Below, one piece after another: positions 30,454 to 41,704 of a stretch of 64,000 nucleotides of DNA. A program made the translations under genes and the position numbers. The notes under the pieces are model-generated. The model was not told the DNA's origin, did no database searches, and was given only the letters and a program-made list of their open reading frames with translations. Source of the DNA: Candidatus Cloacimonadota bacterium (lineage in GTDB: Bacteria; Cloacimonadota; Cloacimonadia; G963667145); NCBI GenBank assembly GCA_963667255.1, contig OY762940.1, positions 192,001 through 256,000 of the forward strand, read 5' to 3'. Positions within the stretch are counted from its first letter, which is position 1. Every line of letters begins with the position of its first letter.

Positions 30454-31215
30454 TTATTTAAACTCACTCAAAAATTTCCACTTTTTTAGCTCCCGAATCG
30501 AACAGTCGTTGGAGATATTGGCAAAAATCGGCGTTATGGAAATTTTATTATTATGCACCGCCTCAATATCGGTTCCGGGGTCTTCTTGAAAAATCATCTC
30601 TTCCACGCCAAAATTGAACTCGATAACCCCGTCGTCCAAGATTTTCCCCTTGCTGAAACTGGTAAATTCACGATGACCAAGCAGCGTAACAACAACACCC
30701 TCCAACTCATCCCGAGTGATTTCCGGCACATTAATGTTCAGAAATTCGCCTTCCTGAATGTAATCCAAAACATTGTTCTGTATCGCCTGAGCAACGAACT
30801 CTGCGGGCAAATCGAAATCCAAACCCTCGAAGCCCAATCTGGAAACGGCAATCGCCTTGTAACCGTGAAAAGTCGCCTCTCTCGCAGCGGCAACAGTGCC
30901 GGAATAATAGATGTCCTCCCCAATGTTCTGACCCTTATTAATCCCCGAAATCACCAAATCGATTTTTTGGTCTGTGAGCAATCTCTTCTCGGCGAGCAAT
31001 ACACAATCGGCTGGAGTTCCGCTGACTTTGTAACGGTTCTCCTCAACCTTGTAGCAATACAGTGTATCGTGCAGAGTGAGGCTGTGCGACTTGGCACTTT
31101 GCTGAGTCTCGGGAGCCACCACCATAATATTATGCCCATCTCGCTCCAGTCTGCTAATCAGCGTCTGAATGCCAGGAGCATCGTATCCGTCATCGTTAGA
31201 AACTAAAATATTCAC
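30454..31215 (-). CDS. surE: 5'/3'-nucleotidase SurE
   Basis: ILVSNDDG, SGTPADCV, SGINKG.N, YSGTVAAA. Confidence 0.95.
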   Translation of the reverse strand: MNILVSNDDGYDAPGIQTLISRLERDGHNIMVVAPETQQSAKSHSLTLHDTLYCYKVEENRYKVSGTPADCVLLAEKRLLTDQKIDLVISGINKGQNIGEDIYYSGTVAAAREATFHGYKAIAVSRLGFEGLDFDLPAEFVAQAIQNNVLDYIQEGEFLNINVPEITRDELEGVVVTLLGHREFTSFSKGKILDDGVIEFNFGVEEMIFQEDPGTDIEAVHNNKISITPIFANISNDCSIRELKKWKFLSEFK

Positions 31216-31228
31216 CCTAACTCCTTTA

Positions 31229-32512
31229 TTAATTCCCCAAAAATTTCGGCAACATCAAGGTCAGTTTGGATTTGATTTCGCCAAAATCGATAGTGCGAAA
31301 AGAGTAATCGGAATACAAGCAATCTCCCGCAACCCACACATCGCTGACATCGGAGGCTTGTGCACTGTAAACCAAAAGCGACACTATATCGTGCTGTGGG
31401 AAAAGATGTGGTTTATCTAAATCCAACAGAATAAAATCCGCCTGTTTGCCGACTTCCAACGACCCAATCTTGTCAGACAAATCCAAAGCTTTTGCTCCGT
31501 TGATGGTCGCCATTTCCAAAATCTCATAAGCTGGCAAATCTTGCGGATTGTGAGTGAAAGCCTTGGCAATCAAAGCCGCCGAATGCATCTCCTCAAACAT
31601 ATTCTGATTGTTGTTGCTGGCAGGACCATCTGTGCCGAGAGCAACCGTAATGCCCGCATCCTTCATCGCCTGCACAGGAGCAAACCCGTTTGCCAACTTC
31701 ATATTGCTCCCAGGGTTATGCACCACTTTCGTGCCCTTACTCGCCAAAATCCGCATATCATCTTCCGTAACTTGCACACAGTGAGCAGCCATCGCTTTGC
31801 CATCCAAAAGTCCCAAATCGGCGACATGAGCGATAGGAGTCTTTCCCCAGCTCTCTTTGGCTCTCGCTATCTCGTCCAGACTCTCCGACAGATGAATATG
31901 AATCGGAATGTCAAGCTCAATCTGCAAGGCTCTGACCTCCCGCAAAAACTCGGGCGTGCAAGTGTAAGGAGCGTGCGGACCCAACATCGTGGTAATCTTG
32001 CCCTCAGCAGCACCATGCCACCGCTTGTTAAAAGCTTTCGCCTCTTCCAGCTTGTAATCGTCCGCCTTGCTAAACCAAGTAAGCCCACGACAAAGAGAGG
32101 CACGAAGCCCTGTATCCTCTACCGCTTCCGCCACTTTGTCCATAAAAAAATACATATCCGCAAAACAGGTAGTCCCCGATGCTATCAACTCCGCACACGA
32201 CAATTTGCTACCCCAATAAACAAGCTCGTCGTTCAAATTCTCCTCAAGAGGCAAAATCTTGCCGTTGAGCCACGACCAAAAATCCAAGTCATCAGCGTAG
32301 GAACGCATCAAGCTCATAGCGATATGGGTGTGAGCGTTCACAAGCCCGGGCATCGCCAACTTGCCCTTGCCGTCTATCACCTCATCTGCGACAAAATCTC
32401 TCGGCTGTTTCCCTACAAAAGCGATTTTTTGTCCGTCAATTCCCAAATCTCCGTCGATAATCTCGGAGGAAACCATACTCAGAATTTTGAGATTTTTTAC
32501 TATCTTCTTCAT
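31229..32512 (-). CDS. Amidohydrolase, MTA/SAH deaminase-like
   Basis: PGLVNAHTH, PHAPYT, HIHLSE, LGTDGPASNN. Confidence 0.8.
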   Translation of the reverse strand: MKKIVKNLKILSMVSSEIIDGDLGIDGQKIAFVGKQPRDFVADEVIDGKGKLAMPGLVNAHTHIAMSLMRSYADDLDFWSWLNGKILPLEENLNDELVYWGSKLSCAELIASGTTCFADMYFFMDKVAEAVEDTGLRASLCRGLTWFSKADDYKLEEAKAFNKRWHGAAEGKITTMLGPHAPYTCTPEFLREVRALQIELDIPIHIHLSESLDEIARAKESWGKTPIAHVADLGLLDGKAMAAHCVQVTEDDMRILASKGTKVVHNPGSNMKLANGFAPVQAMKDAGITVALGTDGPASNNNQNMFEEMHSAALIAKAFTHNPQDLPAYEILEMATINGAKALDLSDKIGSLEVGKQADFILLDLDKPHLFPQHDIVSLLVYSAQASDVSDVWVAGDCLYSDYSFRTIDFGEIKSKLTLMLPKFLGN

Positions 32513-33169
32513 TCACTTGCCCTGACCGTAACTCGTCCTCACGAAATCTTGCATCGCCTTAACATCATCAGAATCAATAAGATGAGGCGTTCCAATCGAT
32601 TTTGCCATATAGTAAATCTTTGCCGATTTTTCCAAAACAAAACTTATCTTAAAAGCATCTGCCAAACTCGCTCCGACACAAACAGCACCGTGATTGGGTA
32701 TCAGCACGGCACCTCTGTCTCCCAAGCCTGCCACCACATTCTTGGCAAGCTCCTTAGTCCCCGGCAAAGCGTATTCACAGCAACGAACAGTCTCGCCAAC
32801 TATCTGGGCGAAATCTTCGCACACAGCGGGTATCTCTTGCCTCAGCACCCCGAAAATACTGGAGTAAACTGGATGAGTATGCACCACCGCCAAAACATCG
32901 TTGCGGGCATTCATTATCCCGATGTGGAAATTATGCTCGATAGACGGCTTGCGATTGCCCTCCACGATTTGATAATCGCTATTCATCACCACGACATCGT
33001 CTTCCACAATCTTCCTGTAATCCATCCCACTTGGCTTGATGTAAATCAAACCCGTTGCCGAATCCTGCACAGAGATATTCCCCCATGTGCCCACAGTAAG
33101 CCCCTCGTCTATCATCTGCCGACCAGCTTCCACTATCATCCGCTTAAATTTTGTATCTGTTTTCATCAA
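32513..33169 (-). CDS. Class II aldolase/adducin family protein
   Basis: GTWGNIS, PSG, PSIE..FH, HTHP, NHG. Confidence 0.85.
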   Translation of the reverse strand: MMKTDTKFKRMIVEAGRQMIDEGLTVGTWGNISVQDSATGLIYIKPSGMDYRKIVEDDVVVMNSDYQIVEGNRKPSIEHNFHIGIMNARNDVLAVVHTHPVYSSIFGVLRQEIPAVCEDFAQIVGETVRCCEYALPGTKELAKNVVAGLGDRGAVLIPNHGAVCVGASLADAFKISFVLEKSAKIYYMAKSIGTPHLIDSDDVKAMQDFVRTSYGQGK

Positions 33170-33229
33170 ACTCTCTTTAAAATAAATTTGCCTTATCCAC
33201 TTTTTCCAAAACTTATCCGATAGTCAAAT

Positions 33230-33261
33230 AAAAAAGGCGAAAGAGAATGAACCCTTCCGCC
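33230..33261 (-). terminator. Intrinsic terminator after ygfK
   Basis: - strand GGCGGAAGGG-loop-TCTTTCGCC followed by a T-run. Confidence 0.7.
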
Positions 33262-33285
33262 AAATTAATCACATTATTCCAAAAT

Positions 33286-36200
33286 TTAATAAACAAACAA
33301 ATATCTATAATCGTTGTAGCAAGTCCAAATAATCTCAGCCAACCCTTCCGGCAGTGGCACACTCGGGCAACCGTCACTATCGAAATCGACACAAAGAACC
33401 TCTCCCCAAACCTTTACCTTGAACTTCGGATTGTCGCCGTCCTCAAGCAGAACGAAGCCGTTGTTTTGGTTGTCGCAAAAATCGCTCTCCGTCCAGAACA
33501 GAGTGAACTTGTCTCTGTAAGGCTCGCCGATATACGGACAGAAAAATCCACAATTACCGCACTCATTACACATCCCGTCTATATGCACAATTTGGTTCAC
33601 CTTTTCCAAACCACCTACCACCACTTGGACATTAGCCCTGTTGGGACAAACAGACGAACAGATATTGCACACCGTATCACAACCGAGACATCTGTCAGCC
33701 TCTTTTTCGCCGGTAGTTTGATTGACCAAAATAGCTTTTTTAGCCCGCAGTTCGTTCTCATCAACCTCGATGTCGTCCACCCAAAAGCGGTCTTCAAAGC
33801 CGACTACGCCCTCTTTGAACATAATCGACTTGGCAACTTTGGTGGCATCAGCAATCGCCTCCACAACAGTCGCCGGTCCGCTTTGAGCATCGCCAGCAAG
33901 ATAAACATTGCGAGCGTCGGTCTCCAAAGACAATTCGCTAATAACTTTGTGAACACCCTTAGATGCAAGAAAATCGTTGTCAATTTTGTCGCCGATACTG
34001 GAGATGACCGTGTCAACCGCCAACTCCTCATACTTGCCTGTGCCGACTGGTCTGGCTCTACCGGAGGAGTCTTTCGCACCCAGCTTCATCACTTCGCACT
34101 TGAAGGTCTTGCCGTCATAACTAACGGGAGCAAGCAGATTTTTGAACACAACTCCATCTTCTTGAGCAAGTTCCAACTCTTCCAAGTCCGCAGGCATCTG
34201 CCCGATAGTCCGACGATAAACGATGTAAACCTCATCAGCCAGTCTCTTGGCAGCACGAGCTGCATCCATCGCAGTGTTTCCACCACCGATTACCGCAACT
34301 TTTTTGCCAACCTTGGCTTTGCCAGCCACAAAATCGCTCAAGAACTCAATAGCGTTAAGGCTACTTCCGCCTTGCAAATCCACAAAAGTATGTTTGCCGG
34401 CACCCACAGCCAAAATCACATATTTGTAGCCGTCCTCTTTCAACTTCTCTATCTCGAAATCGCCACAATTAAAATTGAACTTCACACCCAATTTTTTGGC
34501 TAACTCCACATCTTTGGCAATAGCATCTCTGGAAATTCTGAAATCGGGGATAACATTGGCGACAGTGCCACCAGCAACTGAAGATTTCTCGAAAACATCG
34601 ACGGCGAAACCCTCTCTCGCCAAGAAAAATGAAGAAGCAATACCGGCAGGACCTGCACCAATCACAGCAACTTTAACGCCTTTCGCTTCGCCTTTTTTCA
34701 ACTGCAATTTATCATAGCCCTTTTCGGCAGCCAACAACTTCATCTCGCGGATTGCCACAGATTGATCATATTCCATTCTCGTGCATTTGTTCATGCAGGT
34801 ATGCGGACAAATCGTTCCCGTGATGAACGGAAGCGGATTCTTGGCGGTGATTATCTCCAAAGCCTTTGCATATTCGCCTTTTGCCACAGCATCAAGATAA
34901 TCGGGAATGTCCTGACTAATCGGACACTGAGCTCTACACGGGTCAACGAAGCAATCAACCATCGGCAAATATTCATCAATCTTTCGTTCGCTCATCAGAT
35001 GCTTCTCTTTTTTGTGATTGATGTCATCGAAAACGCCATCAGCCAGTTTTTGCAGAGCGTCCACATCTACGGTAGTGTAACCGCCATTTGGCAACAACGG
35101 ATCAACGATAGTCGCAAGTTGATTAAATCTCTCGTAACCACCCGGCTTGAGCAAACTCGTAGCAAGCGTAATCGGTCGGATACCACAAGCAGCAATCTTT
35201 TCGATGTTGAAAGCGTCCGCTCCACCCGAATAAGAAATCTTGAGGTTCCCCTTGAAATGCTTCGCCAACTTCGCAGCCAAATTGATAGTCAGCGGATACA
35301 ACGCTCTGCCCGACATATACATCTCTTCTCCAGGCAAAATCCCCTTGCGGTTTATCGATTGCAAAGTATTGGAAAGTTTCACACCGAACTCTTTCCCTTG
35401 CTCCTTGGCAAACTCGATGAGCCTCTCCAACATCGGCAACGCTTGCTCTATCTTCAAGTCGTTATCAAAAAAAGCTTGCTTTTGCTCAATATCAAAACCG
35501 AGTTTCTCCCAAGTCATTTTCAAGAAATCAGAGCCGAGCAAAGTCGGATTAAGCTTGGCAAAAACATTGAGCTTCTTCTTCTCCAAAAGATACTTAACAA
35601 TCTTCTCAATCTCGTCCGGCGGACATCCGTGCATCGTGGAGAGAGTAATCCCACTACAGATTTGAGACGGGATGCTATCAATGAACTCGTCACTAACTCC
35701 CGAGATTTTAGCCTCTTTCAGAGTCTTTCTACATTTCTCAAAAATCGGCTCGATAGAAGCATCCTTCAGCCCTTCAATAAACTTATCCACCTTAGGGTCA
35801 AGAATCCCTTCCAAGTTGTAACCAACCGACATATTGAAAACGAGACGACCGTTGCTCTCGCCGGAAAGTCCGAGTTTCTTATCCAAAACATGGCAAATGA
35901 ACCAAGCCTTTACATACTCGTCAAAAGCGTTAGCTTCGCCACGGACACACTCCTCTTTGCTGATGCTCCACCCACCGATAGCCAACTCGGTTGACCACTC
36001 AGTATTGTAGCACTCATCGGCAGACTCTATACACGGTTTGCCCAACTCCAGTTTGTCCAAAATCTGCACCGTCTTAATCTCAAAGAATCTGGCTCCTGAT
36101 AAATATGAAGCGATGATATTTTGACTAAGCTGCGAATGAGGTCCAGCAGCCGGTCCCACGATCGTGGAGATTTTCTCGCCAAAAACTTCAGCAAAATTTT

Positions 36201-36321
36201 CGTTCTCCTTACGGAAAAATTTTTGCTCTGGAATAGAAAAAATAGTTCTGCTTTGCTCAAACTCGTCAAAAACCCATTCAACAAGTTTCTTAATTGGTAT
36301 TCTACGCATATGATCACTCAT
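33286..36321 (-). CDS. ygfK: YgfK-family Fe-S/flavin oxidoreductase (annotated putative selenate reductase subunit)
   Basis: GPAAGPHSQL, YNTEWSTEL, TLSTMHGCPPDEIE, KLNPTLLG, GAGPAG, CNECGNC; GGAG before ATG 36321. Confidence 0.88.
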   Translation of the reverse strand: MSDHMRRIPIKKLVEWVFDEFEQSRTIFSIPEQKFFRKENENFAEVFGEKISTIVGPAAGPHSQLSQNIIASYLSGARFFEIKTVQILDKLELGKPCIESADECYNTEWSTELAIGGWSISKEECVRGEANAFDEYVKAWFICHVLDKKLGLSGESNGRLVFNMSVGYNLEGILDPKVDKFIEGLKDASIEPIFEKCRKTLKEAKISGVSDEFIDSIPSQICSGITLSTMHGCPPDEIEKIVKYLLEKKKLNVFAKLNPTLLGSDFLKMTWEKLGFDIEQKQAFFDNDLKIEQALPMLERLIEFAKEQGKEFGVKLSNTLQSINRKGILPGEEMYMSGRALYPLTINLAAKLAKHFKGNLKISYSGGADAFNIEKIAACGIRPITLATSLLKPGGYERFNQLATIVDPLLPNGGYTTVDVDALQKLADGVFDDINHKKEKHLMSERKIDEYLPMVDCFVDPCRAQCPISQDIPDYLDAVAKGEYAKALEIITAKNPLPFITGTICPHTCMNKCTRMEYDQSVAIREMKLLAAEKGYDKLQLKKGEAKGVKVAVIGAGPAGIASSFFLAREGFAVDVFEKSSVAGGTVANVIPDFRISRDAIAKDVELAKKLGVKFNFNCGDFEIEKLKEDGYKYVILAVGAGKHTFVDLQGGSSLNAIEFLSDFVAGKAKVGKKVAVIGGGNTAMDAARAAKRLADEVYIVYRRTIGQMPADLEELELAQEDGVVFKNLLAPVSYDGKTFKCEVMKLGAKDSSGRARPVGTGKYEELAVDTVISSIGDKIDNDFLASKGVHKVISELSLETDARNVYLAGDAQSGPATVVEAIADATKVAKSIMFKEGVVGFEDRFWVDDIEVDENELRAKKAILVNQTTGEKEADRCLGCDTVCNICSSVCPNRANVQVVVGGLEKVNQIVHIDGMCNECGNCGFFCPYIGEPYRDKFTLFWTESDFCDNQNNGFVLLEDGDNPKFKVKVWGEVLCVDFDSDGCPSVPLPEGLAEIIWTCYNDYRYLFVY

Positions 36322-36753
36322 AAAACTACTCCTTAAAAAAGAAAATTTAAAACGCTCAATACTTTTGATTTTCACTAAACTCGTCAAATAGTTTTCTAAT
36401 TGAGATATTTTTTCACTGAAATTTAGCCAAAAATTTTACGACATCTATTGTGAGTTGAAGTTTTTGTGGCACTTTTGAGTCAACTCAGATTCTCAAAATT
36501 CACCAATTTTTGATTTATTCAATATTTTGTCTTTTTTGTTTAATTTTTTCTCCTAAATTTGCACTCTTTTTTTTGAGATTGTAACTCATTTGTTTGTAAG
36601 CCGTTATAAAAATCCAAAATTCCAAAGAGAAAACACAATAAAAAATATAACTTTTTCATTGCATTTTTTATAGAAAGTTCTCTCTTGGATTACAATGATG
36701 AATTTGCGTTTGTATTATGAGAATTTACAATTTAAAAAAGGACTTGTAAAGTA

Positions 36754-39700
36754 ATGAAGATGAGAAAAAATTTTCTTTTCTCCTTATTTTTCGTCGTTTT
36801 GTTGTTGGCTTGCACCGACTACGAGTCCTTTATGTCCTATAATTATACATACACTGTTTCTGGCTCTGTAAAAACCACAGACAACACTGGATATGAGGGA
36901 GCTATTCTAACTCTCGGAGGAAACACTTCCAAAAGTGCAAAAACCGATAGTAGTGGTGCTTACGCTTTCGAAGATGTGGCAATAGGGAAACATTCCATTA
37001 CCCTCACTGTGCCAGCTAATTACGCTGCCGACACTACCATAAAAAACATCGTGGTAAGTGCCTCAAACAACACTGGGAACGACTTCATTATCGCAAAATA
37101 TTGCACTATATCCGGCACAGTCTCGACCTCAACTGGAACTAAATACAGCGGAGCAACTATAAATTTAAGTGGATTTACCACTGCATCTACTACCACAAAT
37201 AGCGAGGGTTTCTATTCGTTCAGCGTGCCACCAAATAAGACTTATAAAGTATCGTTAGTCGTGCCTACCAATTACATTGCCGAAACCACAGAAAAATCTA
37301 TCTCTCTCGCCTATACAGACAGCACAGGAAACAATTTTACCATTACAAGGACCTACTCTATCTCCGGGACTGTCTCTGGCTATATTGGAACAGCTACCAT
37401 TGAGATTTTGGACTACGCTTCCAACAAAGTGAATAGCAAAACTACCAGTGGAAATGGTGGCACTTACACATTTGCCGGACTCTTGAAAGACAGCACTTAC
37501 ACAGTCAAGCTAACAATCCCAACCAATTGCATCGCTGACGACACAACTGAAACTTACAAAATATCTGACAATGTAACCAAAAACTTTACGCTTTCTCCAA
37601 TCTACTCCATCTCTGGGACGATTAATCTTGCGACTAACAACAATGGAACTTCTGCTTTCACTGGTGGAAGCGTGAGTGTGTCGTTGAGTGGGGCTACAAA
37701 TAAGACAATAAACACAAGCGACGGCTTATACTCATTCAATGGACTTACGACCGGCTCTTACACTGTCACGATTACAAACCCAACCGGATACTACACAAAA
37801 GACACTGTTATCACTATCAATCCTCTGAATGCTGATAAACCAAACCAAAACTTCACTATCAAAAAATTGTATTCTATATCTGGCAAAGTTTCCGGCTACA
37901 ATAGTGCCAATCTTACCTTGAGTGGAGACTCTTCGGCTACTACCACCACAAGCACAGATGGCTCTTACTCATTCACAGGCTTAGTCAATGGCAACTACAA
38001 GGTAACCTTAACCATTCCAACCAATTACATCGCTGACGACACAATCAAAGACATCACCATCAGCGATGCCAATGTCGTAGATAGCAACTTTGTTCTTACA
38101 CCAACCTACTCCATCTCTGGGACTGTTAATCTGGCGACTGCAAGCACTACCTCAGCTTACACGAACAGTGCTGTAACGGTAACCCTAAGCAATGGGAAGA
38201 CAACTACAACCAACACAAGCGACGGATCATACTCATTCAGTGGGCTTTTAGCCGGCTCATACACTGTAACTCTTACAACTCCTACCGGCTACTATTGTGC
38301 TACCACTACAATTAGCGTAAACAATTTGAACGCTGATAAACCAAACCAAGATTTCACTATTGAAAAAACTTACAAAATCTCCGGTAAAGTCACCGGCTAC
38401 ACACAAGCAACTGTCGTTTTGGGTGGAAAATCTACCAGCTCTGTGAAGACTTCTACTACCGACAGCACCTACTCATTCACGGGATTGACAAGTGGCTCTT
38501 ACACTGTGACCCTAACTATCCCTGATGCTACCTACTTTGCAGACGATACGACTGAAGCCATAACCATCACAAATGGCGACATCACCAAAAACTTTGCTCT
38601 CACTAAGACCTACACTATCTCTGGGACGATTAATCTTGCGACTAACAACAATGGAACTTCTGCTTTCACTGGTGGAAGCGTGAGTGTGTCGTTGAGTGGG
38701 GCTACAAATAAGACAATAAACACAAGCGACGGCTTATACTCATTCAATGGACTTACGACCGGCTCTTACACTGTCACGATTACAAACCCAACCGGATACT
38801 ACGCAAAAGACACTGTTATCACTATCAATCCTCTGAACGCTGATAAACCAAACCAAAACTTCACTATCAAAAAATTGTATTCTATATCTGGCAAAGTTTC
38901 CGGCTACAATAGTGCCAATCTTACCTTGAGTGGAGACTCTTCGGCTACTACCACCACAAGCACAGATGGCTCTTACTCATTCGCTAATCTAGTGAATGGC
39001 AACTACAAGGTAACCTTAACCATTCCAACCGGTTACATCGCTGACGACACAATCAAAGACATCACCATCAGCGATGCCAATGTCGTAGATAGCAACTTTG
39101 TTCTTACACCAACCTACTCCATCTCTGGGACTGTTAATCTGGCGACTGCAAGCACTACCTCAGCTTACACGAACAGTGCTGTAACTGTAACCCTAAGCAA
39201 TGGGAAGACGACTACAACCAACACAAGCAATGGCTCATACTCATTCAGTGGGCTTTTAGCCGGCTCTTACACTGTAACTCTTACAACTCCTACCGGCTAC
39301 TATTGTGCTACCACTACAATTAGCGTAAACAATTTGAACGCTGATAAACCAAACCAAGATTTCACTATTGAAAAAACTTACAAAATCTCCGGTAAAGTCA
39401 CCGGCTACACACAAGCAACTGTCGTTTTGGGTGGAAAATCTACCAGCTCTGTGCAGACTTCTGCTACAGACAGCACCTACTCATTCACGGGATTGACAAG
39501 TGGCTCTTACACTGTGACCCTAACTATCCCCGATGCCACCTACTTTGCCGACGATACGACTGAGGCAATAACCATCACAAATAGCGACATCACCAAAAAC
39601 TTTGCTCTAACTAAGACTTACACTATCTCAGGGACTGTCAAACTTGGTGGTAGCAACTTCACTGGAAGTGCCGATGTAACTATCAGTGGTGGCTCACTGA

Positions 39701-41598
39701 CTGCCAGCAAAACCATTCCAACAATAAACGGCTCTTACTCCTTATCTGGCTTGGTCGCTGGCTCATACACTGTAACTCTTACAACTCCTACCGGCTACTA
39801 TTGTGCTGCCACAACAATTAGCGTAAACAATTTGACCGCTGATAAACCAAACCAAGATTTCACTATTGAAAAAACTTACAAAATCTCCGGTAAAGTTTCC
39901 GGCTACACCAGTGCCAATCTTACCTTGAGTGGAGACTCTTCGGCTACTACCACCACAAGCACAGATGGCTCTTACTCATTCACAGGCTTGGTCAATGGCA
40001 ACTACAAGGTAACCTTAACCATTCCAACCAATTACATCGCTGACGACACAATCAAAGACATCACCATCAGCGATGCCAATGTCGTAGATAGCAACTTTGT
40101 TCTTACACAAATCTACTCCATCTCTGGGACGATTAATCTTGCGACTAACAACAATGGAACTTCTGCTTTCACTGGTGGAAGCGTGAGTGTGTCGTTGAGT
40201 GGAGCTACGAACAAAACAATAACCACAAACAACGGCTCGTATTCGTTCGATAATCTTTTAGCCGGCTCTTACACTGTCACGATTACAAACCCAACCGGAT
40301 ACTACACAAAAGACGCTGTTATCACTATCAATCCTCTGAATGCTGATAAACCAAACCAAAACTTCACTATCAAAAAATTGTATTCTATATCTGGCAAAGT
40401 TTCCGGCTACAATAGTGCCAATCTTACCTTGAGTGGAGACTCTTCGGCTACTACCACCACAAGCACAGATGGTTCTTACTCATTCACAGGCTTGGTCAAT
40501 GGCAACTACAAGGTAACCTTAACCATTCCAACCAATTACATCGCTGACGACACAATCAAAGACATCACCATCAGTGATGCCAATGTTGCAAACTCAAATT
40601 TCACTCTTATCCCACCTATCTCTCTATCCGACCTAAAAACTCTAATAGCCAACGATAGTGATGTAACCAATGTCAACACTTCTACCATCACAGACATGTC
40701 TTCACTATTCCAAGGGAAAACTACTTTCAACCAAGACATTAGCAACTGGGATGTCAGCAAAGTAACAAACATGCTCAACATGTTCTCCGGAGCCACCAAA
40801 TTCAATCAAAACATAGGAAACTGGAATGTAAGTAGCGTAACCAATATGAGCTACATGTTCCGAGGCGCTACATCATTCAACCAAGACCTAAATAACTGGA
40901 CAACAACTAATGTAACCAATATGAGCAACATGTTCTTTGAAGCCACCAAATTCAATCAAAATATAGGAAACTGGAATGTAAGTAGCGTAACCGATATGAG
41001 CAACATGTTCCGAGACGCTAAATCATTCAACCAAGACCTAAATAACTGGACAACAACTAATGTAACCAATATGAGCAACATGTTCTATGGAGACACCACC
41101 TTCAATGGTAATATTAGTAACTGGAATGTAAGTAGCGTAACCGATATGAGCAGCATGTTCCAAGACGCTAAATCATTCAACCAAGACCTAAATAACTGGA
41201 CAACAACTAATGTAACCAATATGAGCTACATGTTCTGTAGAGCCACCAACTTCAATGGTAATATTAGTAACTGGAATGTTAGCAAGGTAACCGATATGAC
41301 CTACATGTTCCTAAGAGCTACATCATTCAACAAAGACCTAAATAACTGGATAACAACTAATGTAATCAATATGACAGGAATGTTCTTTGGAGCCACCAAC
41401 TTCAATGGTAATATTAGTAGCTGGGCAGATTGTATAAAAAAAGTAACCACTATGGAAGGAATGTTCTGTAGTGCTACATCATTTAATCAAAACCTTAGTG
41501 GTTGGACGGCTGATAAATTTAACTCAAGTGTAATTCATACAAATTTTGATACAGGAGCAAGTGCTTGGAACAGTGGATACAAACCTACTTTCCCATAA
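36754..41598 (+). CDS. Large surface lipoprotein: tandem Ig-like/prealbumin-fold repeats plus C-terminal DUF285/BspA-like 25-aa repeats
   Basis: Lipobox LLAC; ~80-90 aa repeats YSISG...GSYSF.GL..G.YTVT; C-terminal W.VS.VT.M..MF..A..FN repeats. Confidence 0.85.
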   Translation: MKMRKNFLFSLFFVVLLLACTDYESFMSYNYTYTVSGSVKTTDNTGYEGAILTLGGNTSKSAKTDSSGAYAFEDVAIGKHSITLTVPANYAADTTIKNIVVSASNNTGNDFIIAKYCTISGTVSTSTGTKYSGATINLSGFTTASTTTNSEGFYSFSVPPNKTYKVSLVVPTNYIAETTEKSISLAYTDSTGNNFTITRTYSISGTVSGYIGTATIEILDYASNKVNSKTTSGNGGTYTFAGLLKDSTYTVKLTIPTNCIADDTTETYKISDNVTKNFTLSPIYSISGTINLATNNNGTSAFTGGSVSVSLSGATNKTINTSDGLYSFNGLTTGSYTVTITNPTGYYTKDTVITINPLNADKPNQNFTIKKLYSISGKVSGYNSANLTLSGDSSATTTTSTDGSYSFTGLVNGNYKVTLTIPTNYIADDTIKDITISDANVVDSNFVLTPTYSISGTVNLATASTTSAYTNSAVTVTLSNGKTTTTNTSDGSYSFSGLLAGSYTVTLTTPTGYYCATTTISVNNLNADKPNQDFTIEKTYKISGKVTGYTQATVVLGGKSTSSVKTSTTDSTYSFTGLTSGSYTVTLTIPDATYFADDTTEAITITNGDITKNFALTKTYTISGTINLATNNNGTSAFTGGSVSVSLSGATNKTINTSDGLYSFNGLTTGSYTVTITNPTGYYAKDTVITINPLNADKPNQNFTIKKLYSISGKVSGYNSANLTLSGDSSATTTTSTDGSYSFANLVNGNYKVTLTIPTGYIADDTIKDITISDANVVDSNFVLTPTYSISGTVNLATASTTSAYTNSAVTVTLSNGKTTTTNTSNGSYSFSGLLAGSYTVTLTTPTGYYCATTTISVNNLNADKPNQDFTIEKTYKISGKVTGYTQATVVLGGKSTSSVQTSATDSTYSFTGLTSGSYTVTLTIPDATYFADDTTEAITITNSDITKNFALTKTYTISGTVKLGGSNFTGSADVTISGGSLTASKTIPTINGSYSLSGLVAGSYTVTLTTPTGYYCAATTISVNNLTADKPNQDFTIEKTYKISGKVSGYTSANLTLSGDSSATTTTSTDGSYSFTGLVNGNYKVTLTIPTNYIADDTIKDITISDANVVDSNFVLTQIYSISGTINLATNNNGTSAFTGGSVSVSLSGATNKTITTNNGSYSFDNLLAGSYTVTITNPTGYYTKDAVITINPLNADKPNQNFTIKKLYSISGKVSGYNSANLTLSGDSSATTTTSTDGSYSFTGLVNGNYKVTLTIPTNYIADDTIKDITISDANVANSNFTLIPPISLSDLKTLIANDSDVTNVNTSTITDMSSLFQGKTTFNQDISNWDVSKVTNMLNMFSGATKFNQNIGNWNVSSVTNMSYMFRGATSFNQDLNNWTTTNVTNMSNMFFEATKFNQNIGNWNVSSVTDMSNMFRDAKSFNQDLNNWTTTNVTNMSNMFYGDTTFNGNISNWNVSSVTDMSSMFQDAKSFNQDLNNWTTTNVTNMSYMFCRATNFNGNISNWNVSKVTDMTYMFLRATSFNKDLNNWITTNVINMTGMFFGATNFNGNISSWADCIKKVTTMEGMFCSATSFNQNLSGWTADKFNSSVIHTNFDTGASAWNSGYKPTFP
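37603..39618 (+). repeat. Intragenic 1008-bp near-identical tandem duplication (four-domain block twice)
   Basis: Domain starts 37603/38611, 37870/38878, 38107/39115, 38371/39379. Confidence 0.9.
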
Positions 41599-41704
41599 TA
41601 AATTTTGAGGGATATCTATTTTTTGTCCCTCTAAGATAATGACTGATTAGAAAGCCCTCTTTTTTTGACTGATTTAGGGGGTTTCAATTCTTCTCCGGAA
41701 TTGG

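Noticed and set aside
40700..41420. 75-bp periodic repeats as a non-coding array
   Set aside because: They are in-frame 25-aa DUF285-like coding repeats of the lipoprotein.
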